DNA of 64,000 nucleotides, from positions 31,682,001-31,746,000 of the forward strand of contig OX597829.1 in the NCBI GenBank assembly GCA_951406725.2, written 5' to 3'. The translations under genes were made by a program, and so were the position numbers. Below the pieces are notes generated by a model, which did not search any database, was not told the DNA's origin, and saw only the letters and a program-made list of their open reading frames with translations. Shown here piece after piece: positions 24,517-38,658 of this stretch (positions are counted from its first letter, which is position 1; every line of letters begins with the position of its first letter). Source of the DNA: Octopus vulgaris. Taxonomy: Eukaryota.

Positions 24517-24959
24517 AATTGTATGCATGTGGATTAATGATGGATTCTCTCGTCTCGAACAACAAATGAGGGATTAGTAAAATAAAGCGGTAATCATGTG
24601 TCTCTTGGGGCCTTGCAAACCTTTTAGCAAATGGAACAAGCTGAGGACTCAGTATGCTTAAATGCTTGTGGATCATTTACTATGTGTTTTCTTGATTTGA
24701 CAGCACAGCCTGCTTTGCTTCATGCCACAATACCACGACAAGTAAGGTTTCCATTTAGAGGAGCAGCGTTTTGCCAGCAGGCCTTCCAATTTAATGCATG
24801 ATATATGGATTTAACTAATCCATTGCTACTTACAAAATAAATTATTATTCCATGATGTTGGCTGCCCAGAGATCATAATCTTATGAATATTAACTGGTGA
24901 AATAAATATGTAGGTGTAGTTATCTTCCCTAACAGCAGCTGCCTAAATTAGCTGGCGAT

Positions 24960-25440
24960 GGGATGGTATCATATGGTGTGGATGTGCTGAACTCCAAGCA
25001 ATCTTGAAAGCTCACGGAACAGACAAGCTTCAAATTGGCATCCATGGTCAGTGGTAATTCTAGAGGGTACTCTGAAGCAAGATATCCACCTGGAGATGAG
25101 TGCTCTGGTCATGGAAATGTCCACAAGAGAGATGGCTTCAGGCCATCTGGAGAAGCAGTTGAAGCAGGTCAATATATAAGTAGATCTGCAACTGACCGGC
25201 CAAGGACCAACCAGGTCAATGTGTATTTGACAGAACTTGGTGTCCAGTGGCTGGAAGTGTCCAAGGGATGCTTACATGTGATGATGCACCTTGGAACGCT
25301 GACATGGTAGATAGGCATGTGACCAAACAGTAATAGACTGACACCAGAAAAAGTGGACCAAAATAAGCTTTGTGTGGACACAATGCCAGGGTGTGACAGT
25401 GAATGCAGTGCTTCAAAAACAGTACAACGGTGATATTCAG
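24960..25440 (-). mobile_element. Ty3/Gypsy integrase remnant
   Basis: FSRWPEAI...WISCFRVPSRITTDHGCQFEA.LFRELSRLLGVQHIHT (rve core), upstream HIDLVGP-like segment; frameshifts. Confidence 0.8.
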
Positions 25441-26907
25441 GAATGAGGGGTTACCATTTTAGATGGTGCCGTTCTCACTGTGAAGCCATCTAATGGTGAC
25501 TCTGTTCAGAAGGCTGTAATAAGTCATTTGATAAAGAAACATGGTACAATGAATTCATAGAACGAAACTGTAACTTTATATACCTTTACGCATGGTCTCA
25601 AATATATACAAGTTGAATGATAGTGGAAAGAGTTCATGAATGAAGGGCCATGTTCATCTTCTGTGTACATAGAGAATCAGTGTAACACACACACACATAC
25701 AGTATAAGCAAGATTTAATGCACACACATGCATACATACAAACATTCATACATACTAATATAGACACACATACATACAAACATACATACATTTATGCATG
25801 CATACATACATTCATACATGAATACATACATGCATGCATGCGTGTGTGCATGCGTATGTACATGTGTGCATGCATACGTGCATGCATGTGTACGTACATA
25901 CATACATGCATGCATGCATGCGTGTGTGCATACGTACGTATATACATACATACATACATACATACATACATACATACATACATACATACATACATACATA
26001 CATACGTACATGTATGTATGCATACATAAGTAACACAAGTATGGCTCTGTGGTTAAGAGGTTTGTTTCTGAAATCAAATTCTGCCTGTAGATTCTATTTA
26101 ATTTTGGAAGTGAAGTGAAGAGACCAGTCTCAGAACCATAAAAAAAATGGTCCAGTTAATCCTTTGATGATAAACCACACCATACTGAAACTCCTGGTAA
26201 ATTCTCAGGTCTGCAGTTTTTGGTGGTTAATTGAGCCATTTAATTTCAACGTATCCTCATCACTCCATAGAACCTCTATTGGAATGTGTGCAGCTTCTGC
26301 ACATCTTGTCAAGCACCCCTCACAAAAACCTTACCCATTAGTCTGGATCATCTTCATTGAGAGTATGGACTATTCTTGGAATGTAACTATTCCAACGATG
26401 GTGCTTCAAATTGTGATGGATGCTTAATTTTGAAATTCTTATTTCACTTGGGCTTGCTGCAACAATTTGTCATGCCAAGAATTCAATACTTTGAAGATGT
26501 GGAGTTTTGTTTCCAGTAAGATTGAACACGTCCACACTACTAGAGTAATGTAAGGGTCCAACCTTGATGTGATTTTGCCAAACAGTTGGTTTAGACAAGG
26601 AGGTTCAGTAGACTGTCTCTTGCATTCACCAGATTTCAGTCGACAAGATTTTCTTTTGTAGCGATACTTAAAAGATAAAGTTTACAGCACAAAATTGGAG
26701 CAGTCAGTGAAATGAGGCCAACTATTGAATGAGAATGTGTATTAATACCAAAAAAAGAAATGTTTTTTTGATGTTAGCAATTACATTGCTTCAAGTTAGC
26801 AGCAGTACCTGGACCAGAACAGTCATCAGTTTGAAAAAAAATAAATGTCCGTAAAATAATTCATTTCTGTCTGTCTGCTAGTTTGTTTTTGTGTGCGCAT
26901 TTGTGTG

Positions 26908-26991
<84 letters not shown>

Positions 26992-27088
26992 AAAAACATT
27001 GAAAAATTTTAACTGTATCATCTTTTTATCATATCAATTTTTCGATTTTTCTATCTATTTTTGTATGTGTATATGTGTGTGTGTGTAA

Positions 27089-27178
<90 letters not shown>

Positions 27179-27182
27179 TTCA

Positions 27183-27236
<54 letters not shown>

Positions 27237-27251
27237 TTCAATATATATATA

Positions 27252-27355
27252 TATTTTATAGAAGGAGCTTCTACAGGACTAGAACTGTTTCATTCAAAAG
27301 AAATCATCTTTTGAATGAAACAGTTCTAGTCCTGTAAAGCTCCTTCTATAAAATA
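27252..27355. repeat. Fold-back hairpin, ~48-bp arms, 7-nt loop
   Basis: tattttatagaaggagctt...ttcattcaaaag / cttttgaatgaa...aagctccttctataaaata. Confidence 0.85.
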
Positions 27356-28355
27356 AATTAATTTACTCTGCTATGTATTGAGTACCTTATTTACTGTGGT
27401 TAACCCCGACTCAACCCGGGACCTACATATACATATATATATATATATATACATACATATACACACACACACACACAAACATACATGCACAAATGTGTAT
27501 ATTAGCTAAAAAAACCTAACTTAATTGTATTGTGTTGATATGATTCACTCACTGACGGGGGTATTGTATCCCACCCAGTTTAACAAGTTTCAGTTGCTGT
27601 TGCTCATGTTGTTGTTGTTGATGTTGGCAAGTTTGTTGTTATTGTTGGATTTACCAACCAAAGCATAAAACATACATTAAAATATTTAGCATTTCAAGCA
27701 TAACACTCAATATGCATCGTTCAACAACTGACAGATTAAATGACGGGAGGAATGTCACACTTGGTGCCTCAACATAGAAGAAATGAGGGTGTCTATATTG
27801 TTAGTTGTCTCGACCTGCAAGAAATAACAGCCACCTGTCTGTCAAATGAAGCTTTACTGTCTTACACAGAAAAAAAAAGGATACGCTGGATAAAGCAGCC
27901 CTGGGTTCCCAACAAGCAAGTAAAGGATGGGGTGGTCATGAATGGAATGCATTTCATAATAGATCTTCTTGATCAAGGAATAAATAACAGCAATGTAAAA
28001 AAGGAACAATCAAAGGGAGGCAATGCACTGCGGTGACTCGACTTTACTCACATAACAAATCCCCATCCTCTCTGCTATCTTTACAGCAGACAGTGTGAGG
28101 CAGTGATGGTTGTCTAATGTAACAGCCAAATTTCCCTCAACAAACAACCCACTGTCTTTAAAATAGTGATAAATACACTTTGAACAGGAGACGAAACTTC
28201 TATATAATCAACTGTTCTTTATTCAAAGTAACAGTGAAATTTCCCCTTCACAATGCCCCTTTTATAATCTTTAACAAAGGGACTACATAATCGATGATGG
28301 AGCTTATGTGTAGTAATTTTACCTCCTCAATGTAACACCCATAACTACATCTCCT

Positions 28356-29128
<773 letters not shown>

Positions 29129-29129
29129 A

Positions 29130-29162
<33 letters not shown>

Positions 29163-29474
29163 CTTATATGCCCCATTATTAGACTATTTTCCTTAGTCAT
29201 TGCATGGTGATCACTATAAGCTTTAGGCTTATATAAAAATGTCATCATTATTATTTACAGGATTGTAAATTCAGCACCTTATAAAAAAACATTTGTACTG
29301 AAAGCATATATATATATATAGGTTATGAGAGGTAATGGTATCAATAAGACCCAAAGGTGTCAAGTAATGCTGAGTAAGTGCTATGGATAGACTGTAGTTA
29401 AGCTCCAGGTTCGATGATTATGCGAATGAGGAGTCCAACGTAGGTCAGCATGTGTATATGTAAAAAAATTAACA

Positions 29475-29755
29475 GAATGAGATAAAAATCCAAGGGTGTT
29501 AAAAATTACAGAACATTTATAAATAGAAGGTCTTACGGCTGTTTCCAGGATATTTTATATATCCAGGATATTTTATATATCCAGGATATTTTATATAATT
29601 CTAGATAAGATATCTTATCTAGAATAACTATTACTAAACCATTTTCTCACACCGTCTCCAATGAAGGGATATATAAAATATCCTGGAAACAGCTGTAAGA
29701 CTTATTTATAAATGTTCTAAAATCTTTCACATCCTTGGATTTTTATCTCATTCTG
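29475..29755. repeat. Fold-back element with HHR-like core at 29654-29701(+)
   Basis: GUCU-CCAAUGA-AGGGAUAU-AUAAA-AUAUCCUG-GAAAC-AGCU-GUA-AGAC; arms agaatgagataaaaatccaag / cttggatttttatctcattct. Confidence 0.75.
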
Positions 29756-30284
29756 AAAATGTAGAATCATTCTACATTGAGAGAAGAACGAGATGGACGC
29801 TTCAATTCTATGCTGCTGCCACATTATGTCGTACGCGAATGAGAGGATTTGCATCCCCAACCAAGAATTTTTGATGTAACACATGTCCTTGTGGAAGTTG
29901 TTGTGCGCGGCTGAAGAAGGCCACAGACATACATTATGCATTGTTATAAATCTGTCTAATAAAGGCCCGAAACATATGTACCGCTGAATCCTTGGCATCA
30001 TGTTTTTATTTTGATCAATTTACTCCTCCACCTACACCACCAAACGGTATATACAGGTGCTTACAATTATCAAGTATATATATATATATATATATATACT
30101 ACAAAATTAGAGAATGGAGAAACATGCTTAAATCAATAAAACATCAACTATCCGATGATACCCAATCAATACTTTAATACACCATTACATATGAGTAAAG
30201 GCATTCAAAATATACAGTAATAGTAAAAGTAAAAAGACAAAGAGATATAAGTAAAAAATTTCAAATATAATATGTAATTAAATC

Positions 30285-30400
30285 AAAACTGACAGCTGTT
30301 TCGGCAGTGAGGGCAGTCATACCTCATTTAACCTATAAGCCATAAAGGCAGGTAAAAATGAGGCATTAACAAGGATGCCCCACGGCCTCTTCAGAGAATT
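30285..30400 (-). ncRNA. Hammerhead ribozyme candidate with canonical core and long stem II
   Basis: Minus strand CU-CUGAAGA-GGC...GCC-GAAAC-AGCU-GUC-AG; stem II extends via GUGGGGCA/UGCCCUCAC, GCCUCAUUU/AAAUGAGGU, ACCU/AGGU; stem I weak. Confidence 0.62.
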
Positions 30401-30712
30401 AAATTAAATTTGTTATAATTGTGAAAAATATTATATAACCATATACATATAAATATAAAAATATAAAAATGTAAAATATAAAAACTTATACATCATAATG
30501 CTACACTTATATAATATAATACTCATTGGTACAATAATGGAAGGTAAACAGAACAAAATAAAACAAAATATATATCAGTGTATATATTAATATTAATAAG
30601 CACCGATATTATACATATTTGGCTAATAGTTTTTAAAAAAAAAAAAAAAATTTTTTTTAAAAACTAACACATAGGGAGATGAAAAATAATAATTAAAACC
30701 ATGGTTCAGTTC

Positions 30713-31387
30713 AAAAATACAAACTGGGACAAGAACGTAAAACATTTAGAAGACGATACAGAAAACACGGACAGGACATTCGAAGCCTTCAATCTTCAGT
30801 CAAGAACCGGATCATCCTTGCAATTTCAGCTGATTAATCTTGAGATCGCTCCAATCCGGCCAACCCCAAGGAAAAACTAAGCTACGAGCATTAAATTTCT
30901 TGGAAAAAGGATCGAATGTATACGGACGATGCCACGCGAATATAAATACAAAAAACAATAATAGTAATAACAGGACAAAAACAGCGGGTGTCTTATGACT
31001 ATAGACAGTACAACTTAGTTTAGCTGGCGTATTTGGAAAAAAATGCCTTTTTCGGCAGACGAAGACAACGATGTTCTCGTGGTGCTGGTTAGAAGCCAAA
31101 AGGCTGGTTGACCAGCGGTCACATGAGAGGAGAAGAGAGAGGAAAAAAACGGGGGCAAAGGAATCAAAGAGAGAGAGAAAGAGAGAGAGAAAAAGAGGGA
31201 CGAAGACACCAAAAGGGGGGGAAGAGAGAGAAAGAAGGAATTAAAGAGGGGAGAAGAAAGAGAGCGTGCCAAGGATTGGCTTGGGGACAGAATCAGTGAG
31301 GTGTAAAGTGAGAAAGACAGAGAAATGTGAGAGAGTGGGGGAAGAGGAGACCAAAGAATCAGAGGCAAGAAAAAAGAAAAGGAGGAG

Positions 31388-31442
<55 letters not shown>

Positions 31443-31689
31443 CAGATCAAAGTAGAGTGCAAAGTGTGAAAGGCAGAGAAATGTAGGAGAGAGAGACAGT
31501 GTTATAGAGTCGTACCAAATTTAAAGGAATATGTACTTACATACAAGGCCAAAGAGGGTATGGGTGCCGCTATATATATTATATGTAGAAAAATACAAAC
31601 TGGGACAAGAACATAAAACATTTAGAAGACGATACAGAAAACACAGACCGGACATTTGAAGCCTTCAATCTTCAGTCAAGAACCGGATC
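30713..31689. mobile_element. ~1-kb non-coding element bounded by ~100-bp direct repeats
   Basis: aaaaatacaaactgggacaagaac...tcttcagtcaagaaccggatc at 30713-30813 and 31589-31689; purine-rich (AG)n interior. Confidence 0.6.
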
Positions 31690-31854
31690 CAACCCTTTAG
31701 AGTTGGAATTTTTGAAAAGTAAAAATTTTGCATTATGTAGCTTGTTATTCTCTTTAAGTGAACATTTTTCTGGTTGAAATACACCGAAAAATGGTGACAC
31801 AGAAGTTTTTTAAAAAATATATATATATACACACACACACACATATATATTTTT

Positions 31855-32180
31855 TGAGACCCCCTTCAGTCATGACTGACCATAGGATTGCACCTAAAAA
31901 GTTACCCTCCCAGGCACAAGTCCGGGCAAGGTTGTTTATGGAAGACCAGCAGTCACCCATGCATACCGGCCTCTCCTCTCCATACCACCAAGGGAAAGGC
32001 AAAGGCCATTACAGCTTGGTACCTGTAACGTTGCAACTCATTTCTACAGCTGAGTGAACTGGAGCAATGTGAAATAAAGTGTCTTGCTCAAGAACACAAC
32101 ACGCAGCCCGGTCTGGGATTCAAACTCACAACCTCACAATCGTAAGTTCAACATTCTAACCACTGAGCCATTTGCCTTCA
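31855..32180 (-). mobile_element. tRNA-derived SINE with CORE-like domain (family D); relatives at 55402-55645(+) and 62830-62945
   Basis: Minus strand tggctcagtggttag...gagtttgaatccc head and gtgttcttgagcaagacactt motif. Confidence 0.65.
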
Positions 32181-32220
32181 TGTATGTATGTATGTATGTA
32201 TGTATGCATGCATGCCTGCA

Positions 32221-32283
<63 letters not shown>

Positions 32284-33281
32284 GTATATGCACATACAGG
32301 CATTGCTCAAGATTTCTCTGTTGAAATTTCATACACCTCAGTCTTTCAAAATCTCGAGACGTGCAAATCTAAAATGTATAAATTTTGAGGATTGCCTGAT
32401 GTGAAAACATTTTCATTCCCCACACTTATAAGTTGCACTATGTAAACAGACAAGATACATTGCTGACTTTAAGCTAGAAGTTAGGGGGAAGACATTCTAT
32501 TCAAGAGTCTATTGTACTCAAATGGATACAGTATATCTATTTTTTTCCTTTCTTCGTAATTAATTAATTCTAATATTTTTATGTTCACCACATCGAATAC
32601 ATTATCACTCACTTGACTAGTATTTGCACAGTACATTAGTACTTTTATTTACACCCCATTACGTTCTGTGTTCAAATGCCACCAAAGTCTGTTTACTTTT
32701 CACATTTTTTGGAGTCAATTAACAACAATAGCAAAATCAACATCATCATCATCACCACCACCACCATCATCACCATCACCACCATCACCACGACCACTGC
32801 CACTGCCACCACCACCACCCATCTTTCAATATCTATGTTGACACGGGTTGGATGACTTGACAAGAGTCAATGGGCCAAAGGACTGCATCATACCCCAGTT
32901 TCCACTTTAGCGTGGATTCTATGGCCGAATACCCTTCCTAATGCCAATCACTTTACAGTGTACACTGGGTACTTTTGACATAGCACCAGCACCAGTAATG
33001 TTGCTGTGCTTGCAAGACCACAAACCCCAAGGGGGTGGATTTATACCCGAATTGAGATAATAGTATAAGAGAAGGGAGCCAGTCAATAAATGAAATATCT
33101 TTCTATCTAGGGTGGGTAAAATCCCAAGATCCATGGACAAGTCTCTCCAGTGGTCTTTGTCCCCCATCATTGCTGCCATGTCCTGTGTCTCCCAGAGACT
33201 AGTATCTATCCTTAGGACATCAACATGTCATCCTCGGTCTCCCTCTTCAAGTGTGTTTGTGTATTCAATAATATTAATATA

Positions 33282-33916
33282 TAAGCAGTATAGCCCAGCG
33301 TTGCTCGGGCTTGTTTTCTTTTCAACCCTTTAGAATTGGAACTTTTGAAAAGTAAAAATTCTGCGTTATATAGCTTGTTATTCTCTTTAAGTGAACATTT
33401 TTCTGGTTGAAATACACCGAAAAATGGCGACACAGCAGTAAAAAAATCGTTAAAAATAGGGATTTTCATAGAAAAAAAGTACCTTTTTGATGTAAATAAT
33501 TTTTGGTGTTAACATGGTCCAATTTGAATTTTTTCTTCTGCAGAAGGAAGAGCAAGCCTTCTTCTATCATACTCTCAATTTTGGTTAACTTGTGCCACAG
33601 GGTCTCGGAGGAGATAGTGCTAGTTGAAGGCTACCAAACCTATTTCTTTACTACCCACAAGGGGATAAACACAGAGAGGAAAACAAGGAGAGACAAACGG
33701 ATTAAGTCGATTATATCGACCCCAGTGCATAACTGGTACTTATTTAATCGACCCCAAAAGGATGAAAGGCAAAGTCGACCTCGGCGAAAATTGAACTCAG
33801 AACGTAACGGCAGACGAAATACGGCTACGCATTTCACCCGGCGTGCTAACATTTCTGCCAGCTCACCGCCTTAAACCTGCCACACACAGATAACTTCAGC
33901 TTTATATATATAGAGA
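33282..33916 (-). mobile_element. Helitron copy interrupted by a family B SINE (33640-33872)
   Basis: Reverse complement of 14736-15092; SINE flanked by duplicated aaacct. Confidence 0.8.
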
Positions 33917-34297
33917 TTAGTCATTTACTGAAAACCAATTCAGTCGGCAACATCCTTTTCCCTATAAATTTGTTGTATTGTGATATTGCACAATAAGCAC
34001 AACTGTCTCTTGTTTCCGACTTACAAGGTTTTAACCTCAGGTTTTCATTTTCAATCAAGATGTTCAGTCATAAATCACTTTGCACTGTTGAACAATAAAC
34101 ATGGCTGCTAACACATCGGTGCTTAAACCTTTTGATACCAACTCACCTGAAACCATTGCCTTTGGCTTTATGTTACAACCTTCTTATTTTATAGTGAACT
34201 AAATTAAAATTTCCCATCAAAATTTCATGCTAATTTATCTTCCAAACAAAGCTATTTTACAAAATATTGTTCATGCTTTTCAAAATTAGTTGAAGCA

Positions 34298-35012
34298 ATG
34301 ATAGTGGGTATTATTGTCGACAGCGATTTGCATTGGACAAAACACATTGCTAAAATTGCCAAGAAGGCTGAAGGTGTCTTGGCATCACTTACCAAGTCCT
34401 TTGTGAGCCACTCTCCGGCTATCTATTTGAGGCTTCATATAGCTATGGTGCAGCCTCACCTGGAATTTGTATCACCAGTCTAGAACCCCTATCTTGCCCA
34501 GGATATTAATCGTCTGGAAACCGTTCAGCGATGAGCAACCAAGAGAATACCCCCCATCAGGCATTTGCCATATTCTGAATGCCTTACTTCCCTGGGCATG
34601 GATACATTAAAACTCTGAAGTCTGGCAGCTGACTTGGCAGACACCCATAAAATTATTAACCATCTTACAAACAATAACTCTGAACACCTTTTCAAACTCC
34701 ACCTGTCTAACACCCGTGGACATGTTTACAAAGTCAGAAAACAGCACAGCTCCCATGACTTTTGGAAACATTTTTTCACGCTAAGAGTTGCTGAAGCATG
34801 GAACAAACTGCCAGAATCTGTTATTAGTTGTTGGAGCACTGCATCCTTCAAAAGTTCCATGCTTCCTGAGATTCGCCAACACTACACCTGATTTTCTCCC
34901 CTCTGTACACACACAAGCATGTATCTGACTCATACACTGTTCACTTTCCTGCATATGATTTATATGCACTTTTGACAAGTTGTGGTGCACCTGAGCACTG
35001 TATACAATAATT

Positions 35013-35068
<56 letters not shown>

Positions 35069-35070
35069 TT
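34298..35070 (+). mobile_element. 5'-truncated CR1-like LINE (RT C-terminus, (ATT)n tail)
   Basis: GIIVDSDLHWTKHI...MVQPHLEF.SPV...LETVQR.ATKRI...TRGH.YK...FFTLRVAEAWNKLP; short related 3' piece at 58125-58282. Confidence 0.88.
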
Positions 35071-35779
35071 TATTATTTTATATATTTCAATGGAAACACG
35101 ATAACACAAGGGTTAAAGTGATCTAAATTAAAACTTTCTCATAGTAATTTATGTTCTCAAAACCAGCTTGATTATGACCAAGTTGTTGCTAAATTCTTTA
35201 GCATTTTCAAAGTTAACTAAAACAAAGGCAGTAGATTTCAAGAGAAATATGGTAACAAAGGGGTTAACCATCCCAGAGCATGGTGCATGTTTCATTCTGG
35301 ATTTTATATGTGTATGTGTGTGTGTATATATACATACATACATACATATATATATATATATAGGCGCAGGAGTGGCTGTGTGGTAAGTAGCTTGCTAACC
35401 AACCACATGGTTCCGGGTTCAGTCCCACTGCGTGGCATCTTGGGCAAGTGTCTTCTGCTATAGCCCCGGGCCGACCAATGCCTTGTGAGTGGATTTGGTA
35501 GATGGAAACTGAAAGAAGCCTGTCGTATATATGTATATATATATGTGTGTGTGTGTGTTTGTGTGTCTGTGTTTGTCCCCCTAACATTGCTTGACAACCG
35601 ATGCTGGTGTGTTTATGTCCCCGTCACTTAGCGGCTCGGCAAGAGACCGATAGAATAAGTACTGGGCTTACAAAGAATAAGTCCTGGGGTCGATTTGCTC
35701 GACTAAAGGTGGTGCTCCAGCATGGCCGCAGTCAAATGACTGAAACAAGTAAAAGAGTAAAAGAGTAAAGAGTAAAGAG

Positions 35780-35822
<43 letters not shown>

Positions 35823-36955
35823 TATATATGAATCTGTGTTTATCCAGTTATTTTTATTTTGGTGAATAATAGCATTTTAGCTAAGGGATTTCATTGCTCT
35901 AATTTCTGGTTCAATGCATTTTCTGTAAAACTGACAAGGGAGTGTCTGCATAATTCAGGTAGAATAAATAATACACAAGGTATTTTTTTTATTATTTGAA
36001 AACACAGGTTTATCAGTTAGCACATCGATGAAACACAAACACATACACATACATACATACATATATGTGCACTTATACACCCACACACACACAAACATGC
36101 ATATATACACACATATAAGTGCATGCACACTCATACACACATGCACAAACACATACACACAGTATGGGCTTCTGCACAGTTTCCCCTCACAAGGTTATCA
36201 ACTTGCGACTATAATAGAAGACAATTACCCAAGGCCCCACACAGTGGGTCTGAGCATAGATGAGCACATGATTCTTATTTATTTATTGCCCACAAGGAGC
36301 TAAACATAGAGGAGACAAACAAGGACAGACAAACGGATTAAGTCGATTACATCTACCCCAGAGTGCAACTGGTACTTAATTTATTGACCCCGAAAGGATG
36401 AAAGGCAAAGTCGACCTCAGCAGAATTTGAACTCAGAACGTAGCAGCAGACGAAATACCACTAAGCATTTCGCCCAGTGTGCTAACGTTTCTGCCAGCTT
36501 GCCACCTAAGATGACACATGATTGCAAAGTAAAAACTCTTAAGCTTACAATCATAATGTTTATTTCATTTAGTATATCTCCTGGTAACATTCATTACGTC
36601 CAGTTTCAGAACTACGATAAATGTTACAAACATGTTTAAGCTATCTTTCAATCTATCCCACATTTGTGTCATCGTCATCATCATTGTTACCACCACCACC
36701 ACTGCCAACACCAACGCTGTCATCATCACCATCATCATCATTTTAATGTCCTCTGTCCCATGTATGCCTGGATCAGACAGAATTCACTGAGGCAGGTTTT
36801 CTACAACCAAATATTCTTCGTGTTGCGTGTTGTGAACCCTTACTTCTTTCCAGGCAAAGAAATATTCCCCTAAGACTGGACATGCTTGCAGAGAAGATCA
36901 TAAACAAATGACACCACTTCCATGACAGTGGTCCTCGTTTACAACTACAATGTTA

Positions 36956-38225
36956 TAAGGGGCGTTCAATAAGTAATGCCCCTGACCCACTTGCAGTTGT
37001 TTGATCTAGCTGAAATTTTGCATGTGCACTTATTTATACCTCTATAGATTAAGTAGCGAATTACAGCTCTGAATTAATTGTGGTTTCTGATTTACAGGTG
37101 TTTGAACTGAGTCAAGTGTGAAATGGAGCCTGTTGAGTGTCGAGCAGTGATCTGGTTTTTGTATTTGAAAGGACGCACACCACGGGAGACTTTTGATGAA
37201 ATGAAAGTAGCTTATGGTGATGATGCCCCATCATATGACCTTGTAAAACGCTAGCATTGTGAATTCAAACATAGTCGGAACTCTGTGGAAACAGCTCCCA
37301 GATCTGGTCGCCCCCTTCTGCCATTGATGAGGCATCTGTCCGTCAAGTTGAGGCTGCCATTTTGGAAGGTCAACGCATAACTATTCGCCAAATAGCCCAT
37401 AAGGTCAAGATTAGTACCGGGTCTGTGGAAACTATCATTCATGACCATTTGCATATGCAAAAGGTGTCTGCCAGATGGATTTCCAGGTTGCTCACACCTT
37501 TCCAGAAGCAAGAACGTGTTGAGTGCTCAAGGATGAATTTGGAGATGTGCCAAGAAGATGAGTCAAAATTTTTCAAAAGACTGATCACACAGGATAAAAC
37601 CTGGGTCCATCACTATGATCCATAGACCAAAGCCCAGTCAATGCAGTGAAAGCACCGTGACTCACCTCCTCCAAAGAAGGCAAGGGTGCAGCCCTCCACT
37701 GACAAGGTTATGCTCACAGTCTTCTGGGACCAGGACGGAGTAGTGATGACAGATTTCCTGGCAAAGGGTACCACAATTACAGGAGCCTATTATGCTTCAC
37801 TTTTGAGGAAATTAAGAGAAGCTATCAAAATCAAGAGGCGGGGCAAGATCAGCAAAGGCATCCTCCTCCTGCAGGACAATGCTCCGGTCCACAACTCGCG
37901 TGTCGCCAGATCAGAAGCACAGGCGTGCAGCTATGAACTCCTCCCCTTGCACCCTCTGATTTTCACCTCTTCTCAGCCATGAAGTTGATTTTGAAAGGAA
38001 AGCGTTTCCCAGATGATGCAGCCTTGATTTCTGAAGTCACGTCATGGTTGGAGGACCAAGCTGGGGTCTTCTACAAAAACGGTCTCCAGAGCTGTATCAA
38101 ACGATGGGAGAAATGCATAACTCTGGGTAGTTTCTATGTAGGAAAAGACTAATAACTGTGCCAAGTGTCGTTGCTCTACTGCTATTGGAAGTGGGTCAGG
38201 AGCATTACTTATTGAACGCCCCTCA
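36956..38225 (+). mobile_element. Full-length disrupted mariner transposon
   Basis: TIRs aggggcgttcaataagtaatgcccctgacccactt / aagtgggtcaggagcattacttattgaacgcccct with TA flanks; MEPVECRAVI start; ITQDKTWVHHYDP; KVMLTVFWD; LLQDNAPVH. Confidence 0.92.
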
Positions 38226-38299
38226 TATGTCAGGATTAGGAGACACACATACACATACACACACACACACAGATATACAATATAAAACAATACTTGACC

Positions 38300-38658
38300 A
38301 CGTGTGTCTTTGGCAATCCAAATAAAGTTACATGAACTTGGCTGTGATCTCTTACTCCAACCACTATATTCTCCTGATATTGTGCCATCTGACTACAACT
38401 TGTTTTTGTCTCTACAGAACTCATTGCAAGGAAAAACATTCAATGATGTAGATGGAGTCAAAATGCATCTAGATTACTTTTTTTCTTTAAAACAAGTCAA
38501 ATTTTATGCTGATGGAATATTTAAACTGTCTGACAGATGGGCAAATGTCATTGATAATAATGGAAATTATTTCATTGAATAAAATTTATTGAAAGGTCAA
38601 TTATTTATATCCTATTTTGCATATGAAAAACACTCAGAGCTTTCCAGACAACCTAATA
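38300..38658 (+). mobile_element. Mariner 3' fragment
   Basis: PLYSPDIVPSDYNLFLSLQN...GIFKLSDRWANVIDNNGNYFIE, then TIR ctttccagacaacctaata. Confidence 0.8.
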
